From Candidatus Nanohalarchaeota archaeon (GTDB lineage: Archaea > Nanohalarchaeota > Nanosalinia > Nanosalinales > Nanosalinaceae): a stretch of 64,000 nt of DNA. Of this stretch, positions 8,366 to 17,646 are shown one piece after another. Numbering within the stretch: the first letter of the stretch is position 1; each line of letters starts with the position of its first letter. The notes under the pieces were generated by a model. The model saw nothing but the letters and a program-made list of their open reading frames with translations. It was not told the origin of the DNA and made no database searches. Location: NCBI GenBank assembly GCA_022729235.1, contig JALDAJ010000001.1, positions 480,001 through 544,000 on the forward strand. Reading direction: 5' to 3'. A program made the translations under genes and the position numbers.

Positions 8366-8560
8366 TTAGATCATCTGGGATAGCAGGTTCGCTGCCATGT
8401 AGAACAGGAAACCGATGAACCCTACTGCGAGTATCCCGGCTCCCGTGATCTTGGCGCTCATCATGAATTCTTCTCTATCCGGTTTGCTGGAAATCTTGAG
8501 TACGCGGATGTACTCGTTCAGCTTGTGCCGTAAGCGTGTCCTGAGCTTCTTGATCTCCAT
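8366..8560 (-). CDS. secE: Preprotein translocase SecE/Sec61-gamma
   Basis: EYIRVLKISSKPDREEF...GAGILAVGFIGF; located between ftsZ and spt5. Confidence 0.94.
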   Translation of the reverse strand: MEIKKLRTRLRHKLNEYIRVLKISSKPDREEFMMSAKITGAGILAVGFIGFLFYMAANLLSQMI

Positions 8561-8736
8561 GTTGAGCGAACCTGTAGACACCCCGGGCTAGAAAGAGTCG
8601 AACCTAGTCGACCCTCCCACCAGAGGTGGTTCAAACGGGTTTTGTAACCAGAAAATTAACATGAAGTTTTATAAGGAGTGTGACTGCTGGAGGTTAGAAG
8701 TGAAAAAGTGAAGAAAAGGTAGAGTGACGCGAGAAT

Positions 8737-9849
8737 CTAGATAAATTCAACGCCGAGCTCTTTCTCTATCTCGTCTTCGTACTCGTCCTTGGTCGTGCTG
8801 TCGGGTCCGTAGATCTGCGGGCTTTCGACTCCTGTAACGATGATCATGGACTGTAGTGAGGACTCCATGTCGTCTCTTATCTGTGCGCCCCAGATAACCT
8901 TCGCGGAGTCGGCAAGTCTGTCGGAGACGGTGTTGACTACCTCCTGTGCTTCTTTCAGTGAGAGGTCGGTTCCGCCGGTGACATTGACGAGCGCGCCCTG
9001 ACCACCTTCGATTTCGACGTCGAGCAGCGGGTTGCTTAGTGCTTTCTGGACTGCTTCCTGCGCCCGTGAATCAGTATCGCTTTGACCCATTCCTATCATC
9101 GCGACTCCTCCGTCACCCATAACCGCTCTTATGTCTGCGAAGTCAAGGTTGACGAGTCCTGGCTTCGTAACTAGTTCTGTCACGCCTTTTACCGCGTTAA
9201 CAAGTATCTCGTCCGCGATCTTGAACGCGGTGTTCAGTGAAACGTCAGGTACTATTTCGAGAAGTTTGTCATTCGGTATCACGATTAACGTGTCTACGAT
9301 ATCTTCAAGCATCTCCAGTCCGTATTCTGCATTGTCCTGTCTGGACTGTCCTTCCATTTCGAAGGGTAGTGTGACGATGCCGACTGTAAGTGCACCTTCT
9401 TTTTTCGCCTGCTGGGCGATGACTGGTGCGGATCCTGTCCCGGTTCCGCCTCCGAGACCGCAGGTAACGAACACCATGTCGGCGCCGGAAACTGCATCTT
9501 TGACCTTTTGCTGGGATTCTTTTGCGGATTCTTCGCCGACTTTAGGGTCAGCTCCTGCCCCGAGTCCTCCGGTAAGTTCTTTTCCGATAAGCACTTTTTT
9601 GTCCGCGTTAGCGTATAGAAGATCCTGCGCATCGGTATTCATCGCGATGGTTTCACATCCCTCGATTCCGACTTCTACGAGGCGTGAGATAGTATTGTTT
9701 CCGGCTCCTCCGGAACCTATGACCTTGATCTCAGCCTTTCTCTGTTCTATAAGTTCTTCAAGTTCCTCATCGATTTCATGGTTTTTGCTTCCTGTCTGTG
9801 GTACCGATCCCGCGTCGTTGCGTTGTGCTTGTTTGATCTGATCTTCCAT
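8737..9849 (-). CDS. ftsZ: Cell division protein FtsZ (FtsZ1 type by operon position)
   Basis: GSGGAGNN, NTDAQ, GLGGGTGTG tubulin signature, NLDFAD. Confidence 0.98.
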   Translation of the reverse strand: MEDQIKQAQRNDAGSVPQTGSKNHEIDEELEELIEQRKAEIKVIGSGGAGNNTISRLVEVGIEGCETIAMNTDAQDLLYANADKKVLIGKELTGGLGAGADPKVGEESAKESQQKVKDAVSGADMVFVTCGLGGGTGTGSAPVIAQQAKKEGALTVGIVTLPFEMEGQSRQDNAEYGLEMLEDIVDTLIVIPNDKLLEIVPDVSLNTAFKIADEILVNAVKGVTELVTKPGLVNLDFADIRAVMGDGGVAMIGMGQSDTDSRAQEAVQKALSNPLLDVEIEGGQGALVNVTGGTDLSLKEAQEVVNTVSDRLADSAKVIWGAQIRDDMESSLQSMIIVTGVESPQIYGPDSTTKDEYEDEIEKELGVEFI

Positions 9850-9955
9850 GGCTTCAGAACCCTTTCAATTTATGGTATTTTATGTATAACAAGTTATCAC
9901 GAACCTATATAAAATTGGTTTATTCTGTGATTTCTCTTCAGTCGTATTTGATAAA

Positions 9956-10255
9956 TCAATCGCTCAGGTATCGGGAAGTCAAATCTGAGCCCAGGGCCAT
10001 TCCTGCTCCGAACTGTCCGGTCGCGAGAGCATCGATCTCTCCATCTAGAAGGTTGTAAATCCCGTGCGCTCCTGCTCCTAGCGCTCCTGCTCCTAAACTC
10101 TCGTAGACAGGGTTCTGGGCGTACTTATCTCTTTCGAAGAATTTTATCGTTGACTCTATGATTATTCCTGCGGCAAAACCTGTTCCAAAAGTGGCGGGGC
10201 GGATCGCTGCACGATAAACATCTGGTTCGGTACTCTGTTCCAGAAGATATTCCAT
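9956..10255 (-). CDS. Small Gly-rich membrane protein
   Basis: 99 aa with three hydrophobic GxxxG-rich segments. Confidence 0.55.
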   Translation of the reverse strand: MEYLLEQSTEPDVYRAAIRPATFGTGFAAGIIIESTIKFFERDKYAQNPVYESLGAGALGAGAHGIYNLLDGEIDALATGQFGAGMALGSDLTSRYLSD

Positions 10256-10353
10256 AGATGAAGAAAAATAGTCCTCTTTAAATAGAACTTATACAGGATG
10301 AAACACCCGTTCTGCTTCTAAGCCGTCCGCCGAGTTTCCGCTATTCATTCTTC

Positions 10354-10995
10354 TTAGACATACTCAACTTCTACGTCGGTGTACTCTTCTATCTGTCTCT
10401 CCAGTTCTTCCTTCATCTGATCGGGCATCGGATGTTCGTGGTCGCCGTGGCTGTGAACTTCCTCGACCTTGAGGACTCCGTTCTCGACTTCGGAGTCGAA
10501 GTGTCCTGCGACTCTTTGTGCGATGTACCCTGCTTTTTCCTCGTCGTCTTCAACTTTTTCAACGACTTCTATCTCGTATTCCAGGGTCTTTCCTGCGAGA
10601 GGGTGGTTGAAGTCTACTCTTACACGACCTGAGTTTACGGACATCACTCTTCCGCGTCTATTTCCTATCCTTAGTTCTTCGCCAGGATGTACCTGTACTC
10701 CCTGGTTCTCGAATTCTTTTTCCGGGTAGGTCTCAACGTTGTCAGACTCTCTTGGACCGTATGCTTTCTCGGGTTCGACCTCGATCTCCTGTTCCTCGCC
10801 TACTTCCATGTCTTCCAGGGCTTCTTCAAATCCTTCTATGACGTAGCCTTCGCCTACGAGGACAGGTATCGGTTCCAGGTTGTCTTTGGGAATTCCTTCT
10901 TCCTCTGCTCTATCTTCTACTGTTAAATCAAAAATTTCTCCGTCTGTTTTTCCTACGTAGTTTACAAGTACGAGGTCGCCTTCTTCCATAGTCAC
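10354..10995 (-). CDS. slyD: FKBP-type peptidyl-prolyl isomerase (SlyD-like, long archaeal type)
   Basis: GDLVLVNYVG, VIEGFEEAL, PEKAYG, VDFNHPLAGKTL; His patch HSHGDHEH. Confidence 0.93.
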   Translation of the reverse strand: MTMEEGDLVLVNYVGKTDGEIFDLTVEDRAEEEGIPKDNLEPIPVLVGEGYVIEGFEEALEDMEVGEEQEIEVEPEKAYGPRESDNVETYPEKEFENQGVQVHPGEELRIGNRRGRVMSVNSGRVRVDFNHPLAGKTLEYEIEVVEKVEDDEEKAGYIAQRVAGHFDSEVENGVLKVEEVHSHGDHEHPMPDQMKEELERQIEEYTDVEVEYV

Positions 10996-11049
10996 ATTGT
11001 TAGGCAGAGGGGCGAATGTTAAAAAGTGTTTGACTCCTCCTGTTAAGTT

Positions 11050-11319
11050 ATGGAATGGGTATCTGATCTTCCGGATAAGCTACGTGTATCGCTTGAATCA
11101 CTTTTAGACTCTGTAGAACAGCATGAGGATGTATATATGGAGGCGCAGAATGCGTCAGTAGGTCAGATCTGGATTGCACTGGCGCTTATGAACGAGCGCG
11201 TCCAGAAACTGGAAGATCTTGTCCAGGCGCAGAGAAAGGCTCTCCACGAGCTTGACCAGGATGTTGAAGTTGACAAGCACCTTGACAAGAACCTGAAGGA
11301 GAGCTTAAAGCGGTACTGA
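11050..11319 (+). CDS. Hypothetical coiled-coil protein
   Basis: 89 aa ORF filling the intergenic space, acidic composition like its neighbours, TATA-like element upstream. Confidence 0.65.
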   Translation: MEWVSDLPDKLRVSLESLLDSVEQHEDVYMEAQNASVGQIWIALALMNERVQKLEDLVQAQRKALHELDQDVEVDKHLDKNLKESLKRY

Positions 11320-11372
11320 GCGGGTTTTACATTCTTGTATATAGGACTACCAAAAATCATATAACGCTCGTC

Positions 11373-11384
11373 GAACGTACGTTC
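11373..11384. promoter_or_regulatory. Palindromic operator upstream of the RHH-RelE pair
   Basis: Perfect palindrome GAACGTACGTTC between a TATA-like element and the SD/start. Confidence 0.55.
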
Positions 11385-11399
11385 TCTAGGGGTGAGACA

Positions 11400-11654
11400 A
11401 TGGAGAAGGTTGCTGTGAAAGTACCTGAAGCTCAGAAGGAGAAGCTTGAGGAGATAGCTGAGGAGGAGGGCTACCCTAACAGGTCGGAGTTTTTACGGGA
11501 AGTAATAAGAAACGAGATAAAGAAGAGGGAAACAATCAAAAAAGAAGTTCTAGAGAAAATAGAGGAACGAATGGAACGCCTAGAAGAAGGAGAACTGAGC
11601 TTTGAAGATCTTACGTCTAATAAGGAATTAGAAGAAGAGCTAGGTATTGAATAA
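11400..11654 (+). CDS. Ribbon-helix-helix (CopG/NikR-like) antitoxin
   Basis: KVAVKVPE...LEEIAEEEGYPNRSEFLREVIR RHH signature. Confidence 0.85.
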   Translation: MEKVAVKVPEAQKEKLEEIAEEEGYPNRSEFLREVIRNEIKKRETIKKEVLEKIEERMERLEEGELSFEDLTSNKELEEELGIE

Positions 11655-11655
11655 T

Positions 11656-11970
11656 ATGGCGGAGGCATTCTGGCATCCGGACGCCAGAGTCGAGCTGGAA
11701 GAACTGAGCGAATCTGGGCGGAGAGTTGTGCTAGAAAAGGTTTCGGAGTTCGAGAGGGAAGGTACTGGGCACGATGATTTTGATTTGATCGAGCAGGATT
11801 ACGTGGAAAACGACTACTACCGGTTAAAGATAAAGCAGGACAATCCCTCTGTTAGTTATCGCCTGCTTATATCTGACTATAAGAACAAGTGGGTTATCTA
11901 CGGCTTAAAACATCGGGAGATCGCGTATAACAAGGAAACTTTCATGGATATCGAAAGCCGGTTATACTAG
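11656..11970 (+). CDS. RelE/ParE-family toxin
   Basis: FWHPDARVELEEL...YYRLKI...SYRLL...HREIAY; immediately downstream of the RHH gene. Confidence 0.75.
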   Translation: MAEAFWHPDARVELEELSESGRRVVLEKVSEFEREGTGHDDFDLIEQDYVENDYYRLKIKQDNPSVSYRLLISDYKNKWVIYGLKHREIAYNKETFMDIESRLY

Positions 11971-11980
11971 CTTTCTGCTT

Positions 11981-12084
11981 TCAGTGGAGAATCTTTGCTA
12001 TCGCCTCGACTGTGTCTGACTTCTTGACTATGTCGTGTTCGATTAGTGCGTCCCAGCGCCTGTAAAGAGCGTTGCGAGAGACAT
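11981..12084 (-). pseudogene. 5'-truncated winged-HTH gene remnant
   Basis: [23 protein letters not shown] resembles a wHTH recognition helix; no in-frame start outside leuS. Confidence 0.4.
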
Positions 12085-14865
12085 CTATTCCATCACGATT
12101 GCTGGTCGTCCGGGTTCTGCTCTTTCGGCTTTGTCTTCTTCTGATTCGGATTCTTGTTCGATTGTTATCTTGGCTTCGAACTTTTTCTCCCATCTCTCCA
12201 TGTTCTGTTCCAGAGCCTCGGACTCTGTCTCTTTGTCCATAAGAGTTTCCCTGAAACTGCCGGGGTTTTCCACTGCTTCCTGTGCCATGGAGCTTATCTC
12301 TGGTGCGTGTTGCTGGAGTTCTTCGTCAAGGATTTCCTCCATTACATCACCGACGTCGTGGTTACCGGATTCGACTTCCTGGAGTACCTGTCTCCCGATG
12401 GTGTACTTCCAGTCTTCTGCCCTGATAAGTTTGATAGAGGAGAGTTCGCCGTCGTAAAGTTCTCCTATCTCCCTGATATCTCCAGCCACCCTGTCGTGGT
12501 AGTTATCGATTGCTTCCGCCTCATCGTCTATCATGTCTTCCCGTGGCTGCGGCCAGTCCTCTTCGATAAGGAACTCTTCGTTCCCGAGTGCTTCCTGCCA
12601 TATTTCTTCTGCCAGGTGAGGAGTAAACGGCGCCAGCATCTGGATGAATGTTTCTATGCCGTGCGACATTATCTCCGATTCAGGGTCCTGGTTACCGTAC
12701 CAGAACAGCTTGGAGAGCAGTTTGTCGAGTTCGTTGATGGCAAGATTGAACTCGTAGTTCTCCATGTGTTCCGTAACTTTTTCCACAGTTCTCTGGACTT
12801 TCGTGACCGCTATCCTGTCGTAGAGACTCGCATCTGAAAGGTCGATTCCGGTGGTTCCTGTTTCCTCCTGTTCCACTAGTCTGGTGACTCTTTCCAGCAT
12901 CTCCTTCGATGCTTCCACCCCGTCCGATGACCAGTCAAGCTCTTTTTCTGGATGTGAGGCTCTCAGTATGAACAGTCGCGCGGTATCAGCTCCGTAGTCC
13001 TCTATAAGCTCGTTAGGGTCGACCACATTGTTCTTCGACTTGGACATCTTCATGACGTCAACTTCAACTTCTCTACCGCACTTAGAGCAGACATCGCCGT
13101 CTTCTACTTCTTCAGGGTAGAGCCAGCCGTGCTCCGGACAGTTGTACGCAGGATGGTTAACCATTCCCTGTGTCAGAAGGCGCTCGAAGGGTTCGTCCTC
13201 GTCCAGCATGTCGATGTCGCGGAAGAACTTGGTGAAGAACCTCGCGTACAGCAGGTGCATGACCGCGTGTTCTATTCCGCCGATGTACTGGTCTACGTTC
13301 ATCCAGTAATCCGCCTCTCCCTCATCAAATGGTGCGTTGTCAAAGTCAGGCGAGCAGTAGCGGAGGAAGTACCAGGAAGAGCCCATGAAAGTGTCCATAG
13401 TGTCGGTCTCTCTTTCGGCTTCTCCACCGCATTCAGGACACTCTGTCTCGGTGAAGCTGCTGGAGGTTTCGATAGGGTTTCCTTGACCGGTGAACTTGAC
13501 ATCTTCCGGTAGCTCTACAGGTAGTTCTTCCTCAGGTACCGGTACTGCTCCACAGTCATCGCAGTAAATGATAGGTATAGGTGTTCCCCAGTACCGCTGT
13601 CTGGATATCAGCCAGTCACGGAGTCTATAATTGACATCTTTCTCACCTACCTTACTTTTCTCTATGATTTCGATTATCCTGTCTATAGCCTTCTCGTTTT
13701 TGAGACCGTTGATATTCTCCGAGTCGTGGTGTTTGCCGTCACCTTCGTAAGCCTCTTCCTCGAAGTCGTGCTCCTCTTCAGGTTCTATGACGGGTTTGAT
13801 GTCGATGCCGTGTTCCTTCGCAAATTCAAAGTCTCTCTGGTCGTGTGCCGGTACCGCCATTATCGCGCCGGTCCCGTAGTCGGTCAGGACGAACTCTGCC
13901 ACGTAGATAGGTATTTCCTCCTCCGTGAACGGGTTGACTGCGTATCTTCCTGTGGAGACTCCTGCCTTTGTTTTTTCTTCCCGCTCCTGCGAATCTCTTG
14001 TCTTCGCCTCTTCTATATAATCTGCGACTTCCTCTTTCTCTTCTGCGATTTCTTCCGCTAGCGGGTGTTCAGGTGCGAGCACCATGAAAGTCGAGCCGTA
14101 GACAGTGTCAGGTCGTGTGGTGAATACCTCGAGTACTTCATCGCTATCCTTCATAGGGAACTCGATGGTTGCGCCGTGGCTCTTCCCTATCCAGTCTCTC
14201 TGCATCTTCTTTACTTTCTCGGGCCATCCCTCGAGTTCTTCGAGGTCATCAAGTAACTCGTCGGCGTAGTCCGTGATTTTGAGGAACCACTGCTCCATCT
14301 CCCTGGTCTCCGCGGTGGAGTCGCACCTCCAGCACTGACCGTCTTCTACCTGTTCGTCCGCGAGCACTGTTTCACAGCTCGGGCACCAGTTGACTTCAGC
14401 CTCGTCCCGGTAAGCGAGGTCTTCTTCGAGCATCTTGAGGAATATCCACTGGTTCCACCTGTAGTATTCCGGTTCATAGGTCGCGACCTCTCTCCTCCAG
14501 TCGTAGGATAGTCCGAGAGTCTTGAGCTGTTCCTTCATTTCGCTGATACATTCTTCGGTCCATTCCCGCGGGTTCACGTCCCTGTCGATGGCGGCGTTTT
14601 CCGCGGGTAGTCCGAACGAGTCCCATCCCATGGGGTAGAGGACGTTGAATCCCTGCATCCTCTTGTAGCGGGCGAAGGCGTCACCTATAGAGTAGTTGCG
14701 GACGTGACCCATGTGCATGCTGCCGGAAGGGTAGGGAAACATCTCCAGTACGTAGTATTTCTCCAGTGAATCGTCTGCATTGCTCTGGTGTATTAAGTTT
14801 TCCTCCCATTTTTCCTGCCATTTGTCCTCGAACTCGTTGAGCCTTTCCGCGAAGTCTTCTGTCAT
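12085..14865 (-). CDS. leuS: Leucyl-tRNA synthetase, bacterial-type core with archaeal-type C-terminus
   Basis: [23 protein letters not shown] and [15 protein letters not shown] editing domain, [16 protein letters not shown]; ends [14 protein letters not shown]. Confidence 0.97.
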   Translation of the reverse strand: MTEDFAERLNEFEDKWQEKWEENLIHQSNADDSLEKYYVLEMFPYPSGSMHMGHVRNYSIGDAFARYKRMQGFNVLYPMGWDSFGLPAENAAIDRDVNPREWTEECISEMKEQLKTLGLSYDWRREVATYEPEYYRWNQWIFLKMLEEDLAYRDEAEVNWCPSCETVLADEQVEDGQCWRCDSTAETREMEQWFLKITDYADELLDDLEELEGWPEKVKKMQRDWIGKSHGATIEFPMKDSDEVLEVFTTRPDTVYGSTFMVLAPEHPLAEEIAEEKEEVADYIEEAKTRDSQEREEKTKAGVSTGRYAVNPFTEEEIPIYVAEFVLTDYGTGAIMAVPAHDQRDFEFAKEHGIDIKPVIEPEEEHDFEEEAYEGDGKHHDSENINGLKNEKAIDRIIEIIEKSKVGEKDVNYRLRDWLISRQRYWGTPIPIIYCDDCGAVPVPEEELPVELPEDVKFTGQGNPIETSSSFTETECPECGGEAERETDTMDTFMGSSWYFLRYCSPDFDNAPFDEGEADYWMNVDQYIGGIEHAVMHLLYARFFTKFFRDIDMLDEDEPFERLLTQGMVNHPAYNCPEHGWLYPEEVEDGDVCSKCGREVEVDVMKMSKSKNNVVDPNELIEDYGADTARLFILRASHPEKELDWSSDGVEASKEMLERVTRLVEQEETGTTGIDLSDASLYDRIAVTKVQRTVEKVTEHMENYEFNLAINELDKLLSKLFWYGNQDPESEIMSHGIETFIQMLAPFTPHLAEEIWQEALGNEEFLIEEDWPQPREDMIDDEAEAIDNYHDRVAGDIREIGELYDGELSSIKLIRAEDWKYTIGRQVLQEVESGNHDVGDVMEEILDEELQQHAPEISSMAQEAVENPGSFRETLMDKETESEALEQNMERWEKKFEAKITIEQESESEEDKAERAEPGRPAIVME

Positions 14866-15074
14866 ATAGAAACACCTTGAACCCTGTAGAAACTTAAGCT
14901 TTGTACAGCCCGGTAGCTAGCGTAGAACATGTCCACCCTTGATTGAGTTACCCGGGCTCATGACATCTGTTTGGGTTGCAATTCTTAAAAATAGTTTCTA
15001 GGCGGCTGACGGTTGCTATCTTCTGTTCGAATGTTTAAACCGGCTCGCGGACAGGTCGAAAGTGGTGAAGTCCT

Positions 15075-15614
15075 ATGGGGAAGGAGCCGAGTCACGAGGT
15101 CGATGAACACCAGCTTGAAATCGCGGAGATGGAGGGTGACGCGTACAGGGAGGCGCTGCGCTACATGATTGAAGAGGTTGCTCATACAGGTCGTGTTGTA
15201 GAAGTCGAGGACTATGTAGTAGGTTTCGCCCAGGAAGAAGCCGAAGGTCTGTACCGCTTCGAGGACGGGGAACTTGTATGGCGCGAACCGGATGAAAGTA
15301 TGAACGCGCATTTCGAGGTCGCGGTTCTTGACCGTGATGATAGACGTTTTATTCCCTATCTAGAAGTTACTATGACTGTTGTTCCGGAGGAGGGTGAGAA
15401 ACTCTCCTTCGGTCTTCCGTTCATATGGCACCCTGGTCTTTTCCACTATGGTCGCAACGTGGAGCTTCCTGGTGACGGCATCTATGATATCGTGATCAGG
15501 GTTGAGCCTCCAACCTTTCATAGACACGATAGGGATAACGGTGACAGGTATACGGAGCCGGTGGAGATGGAGTTCGGGGGTGTGGAAATCAGTACCGGGA
15601 GAGAAGAAGTCTAG
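15075..15614 (+). CDS. P19/Tpd-family iron (Fe2+) binding/transport protein
   Basis: HFEVAV...RFIPYLEV, HYGRNVELPGDGIY, PPTFHRHD. Confidence 0.8.
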   Translation: MGKEPSHEVDEHQLEIAEMEGDAYREALRYMIEEVAHTGRVVEVEDYVVGFAQEEAEGLYRFEDGELVWREPDESMNAHFEVAVLDRDDRRFIPYLEVTMTVVPEEGEKLSFGLPFIWHPGLFHYGRNVELPGDGIYDIVIRVEPPTFHRHDRDNGDRYTEPVEMEFGGVEISTGREEV

Positions 15615-15660
15615 CGGTTCAGTATTAATTTAAAAGCCCTCGATGAATTGTTTTGATACG

Positions 15661-16428
15661 ATGACCCGGCTGGTATGTGTCAGTAGCGGGAAAGGGGGTA
15701 CAGGAAAAACCACGGTAACGTCGAACGTCGGAGCTGCATTGACGCAGTTCGGTACCGATACGATAGTGCTGGATGCCAACCTGACGAACCCCAACTTAGG
15801 GTTTCACCTAGGTATTCCGCTCTACCCGAAGACGCTTCACGATGTTTTGAAAGGTGATGCTCACATCACCGAGGCGATGTATATACACAACTCGGGGTTG
15901 CGTGTTGTACCGGCAGGGCTTTCGATAGAGGACCTTGTAGACACATCTCCCGAGAATCTTTCAGATGTTCTGCTTGATACGGTCGGAGAGCCAGACTTCG
16001 TGCTGGTGGATTCGGCTGCAGGGCTTGGAAACGAGTCTATCAATGCTATAGAGGCCTCTGATGAGGTGCTTGTAGTCGCGAACCCTAACCTTCCCTCAGT
16101 GACGGATGCGCTGAAGACGGTTAATCTGGCTGAGGACGCAGGTACAGATGTTCTCGGAGTTGTACTGAACAGGGTTAAGGAACACGACTCTGAACTTGAT
16201 GTTAATGAAGTCGAGTCGATGATAGGTTACGATGTCCTGATGGAGGTTCCTGAGCACGGTAAGCTGCAGGAAGCTCTTGCGGCGAAGAAACCGGTTGTAC
16301 ATCATGAACCGGATCACCATGTATCTGAGCGTTTCAGGGGCGTGGCAGCACAAGTTGCAGGTATCGAGTACGAGCCCGAGATCGAAGAGGAAGGATTTTT
16401 ATCCCGTGTGCTGCAAAGGCTGAGATAG
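15661..16428 (+). CDS. minD: MinD/ParA-family ATPase
   Basis: Deviant Walker A SGKGGTGKTT, VDSAAG, C-terminal amphipathic GFLSRVLQRLR. Confidence 0.92.
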   Translation: MTRLVCVSSGKGGTGKTTVTSNVGAALTQFGTDTIVLDANLTNPNLGFHLGIPLYPKTLHDVLKGDAHITEAMYIHNSGLRVVPAGLSIEDLVDTSPENLSDVLLDTVGEPDFVLVDSAAGLGNESINAIEASDEVLVVANPNLPSVTDALKTVNLAEDAGTDVLGVVLNRVKEHDSELDVNEVESMIGYDVLMEVPEHGKLQEALAAKKPVVHHEPDHHVSERFRGVAAQVAGIEYEPEIEEEGFLSRVLQRLR

Positions 16429-16809
16429 ATGTCAGAAAACGTGTTTATCAGGCCGGGCGCCCTGATTATATTTTTCATGGCGATGGCTGTAGGTGCGGGC
16501 GTCTTCAACTGGTCGTCAGAGCTTCTGGATCACGGTGACCGGACACAGACATCTGATACTATAGACTGTGCGGTGCTTGATGTTGATGTATTTGAAAGTA
16601 GTGGAAACGCCACACACCATACCGTATACGTCAGGATGGATCAGGACGCTAACGCTCTCGCGGTTACTTTCATCGGCGAGGAAAGGAATGCCACGATGGT
16701 CTCGGAGTATGGTAGTCCAGGTACGTTATCTGCCGTAACAGCCCCGGTAGGTGATGTTAAAGGGCTGGAGATTCATGTAGAAGGGTGCTCAAGAGTTTTC
16801 GACCGGTAG
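16429..16809 (+). CDS. Membrane-anchored pilin-like hypothetical protein
   Basis: N-terminal TM ending VFNW, followed by DC..LDV and a C-terminal Cys. Confidence 0.55.
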   Translation: MSENVFIRPGALIIFFMAMAVGAGVFNWSSELLDHGDRTQTSDTIDCAVLDVDVFESSGNATHHTVYVRMDQDANALAVTFIGEERNATMVSEYGSPGTLSAVTAPVGDVKGLEIHVEGCSRVFDR

Positions 16810-16847
16810 GGACAAGCTTTTATTAAATCGATAGAAACTTTCACACG

Positions 16848-17609
16848 ATGACCCGGGTAATATCTGTAATATCAGGTAAGGGAGGTGTAGGTAAGACCAC
16901 GGTCACTGCCAATCTCGGGACATCTCTTGCGAATCAGGGAGAAGACGTACTTATAATAGATGGCAACTTTTCCGGTGCGAACGTGTCACAGCACTTCGGC
17001 ATAGGTTTCCAGGATGTTTCTCTAAACGATGTTCTCAACGGCGAAGCATATATCACACAGGCGGTCGCCAAGCACCCTGCAGGTGTTTCTGTCCTTCCTG
17101 CATCAATCCTTGAATTCAATGCGACCGCGGACAACCTTAAGCACTCGATAGTCGAGTTCCTCGGCGACAAGGATTTTGTTTTCGTTGACGCGGCAGCAGG
17201 AACTGATGAGGAGGTACAGGCAGCGGTCGAGGCGTCGGACGAAGTCTTACTGGTCGCGGAGCCTGAGCTACCTGCCCTGACCAACTGTCTTGGGGCGAAA
17301 AAACTTGCGGAACAGCTTGACAGGGATGTCTTGGGACTGGTTCTGAACTCTGTCAGAGGTGAGAAATCCGAGGTAGATCTGGAGGATGTAATGGATCTGA
17401 TGGAGACTGAGATACTTGGAACGGTACCCGACCATCCGCACGTAAGGGAAGGCATCGCACTCAGAGAACCTGTCGTATCGTACAAGCCGAACTCCAAGGC
17501 GTCCATGGCGATAGAAGATGTCGCCCACCGTTTGAAAGGCGACGAACCGCCGAGGAGAGGGCTTACACAGAGACTGAAGGCAAGCGTCCAGGATATATCG
17601 CCACTTTAG
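16848..17609 (+). CDS. minD: MinD/ParA-family ATPase paralog
   Basis: SGKGGVGKTT, VDAAAG, AVEASDEVLLV, C-terminal RRGLTQRLK. Confidence 0.9.
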   Translation: MTRVISVISGKGGVGKTTVTANLGTSLANQGEDVLIIDGNFSGANVSQHFGIGFQDVSLNDVLNGEAYITQAVAKHPAGVSVLPASILEFNATADNLKHSIVEFLGDKDFVFVDAAAGTDEEVQAAVEASDEVLLVAEPELPALTNCLGAKKLAEQLDRDVLGLVLNSVRGEKSEVDLEDVMDLMETEILGTVPDHPHVREGIALREPVVSYKPNSKASMAIEDVAHRLKGDEPPRRGLTQRLKASVQDISPL

Positions 17610-17646
17610 ACCGAGTTATTAAATTCTCCGTAACCAACTCTTCTTC

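Noticed and set aside
8582-8640. tRNA gene suggested by GGTTCGACTC upstream of secE
   Set aside because: No 5-bp T-stem around the motif and no cloverleaf; kept only as a structured-leader candidate
14907-14958. Intact tRNA
   Set aside because: Only about 50 nt, with no anticodon or T arm
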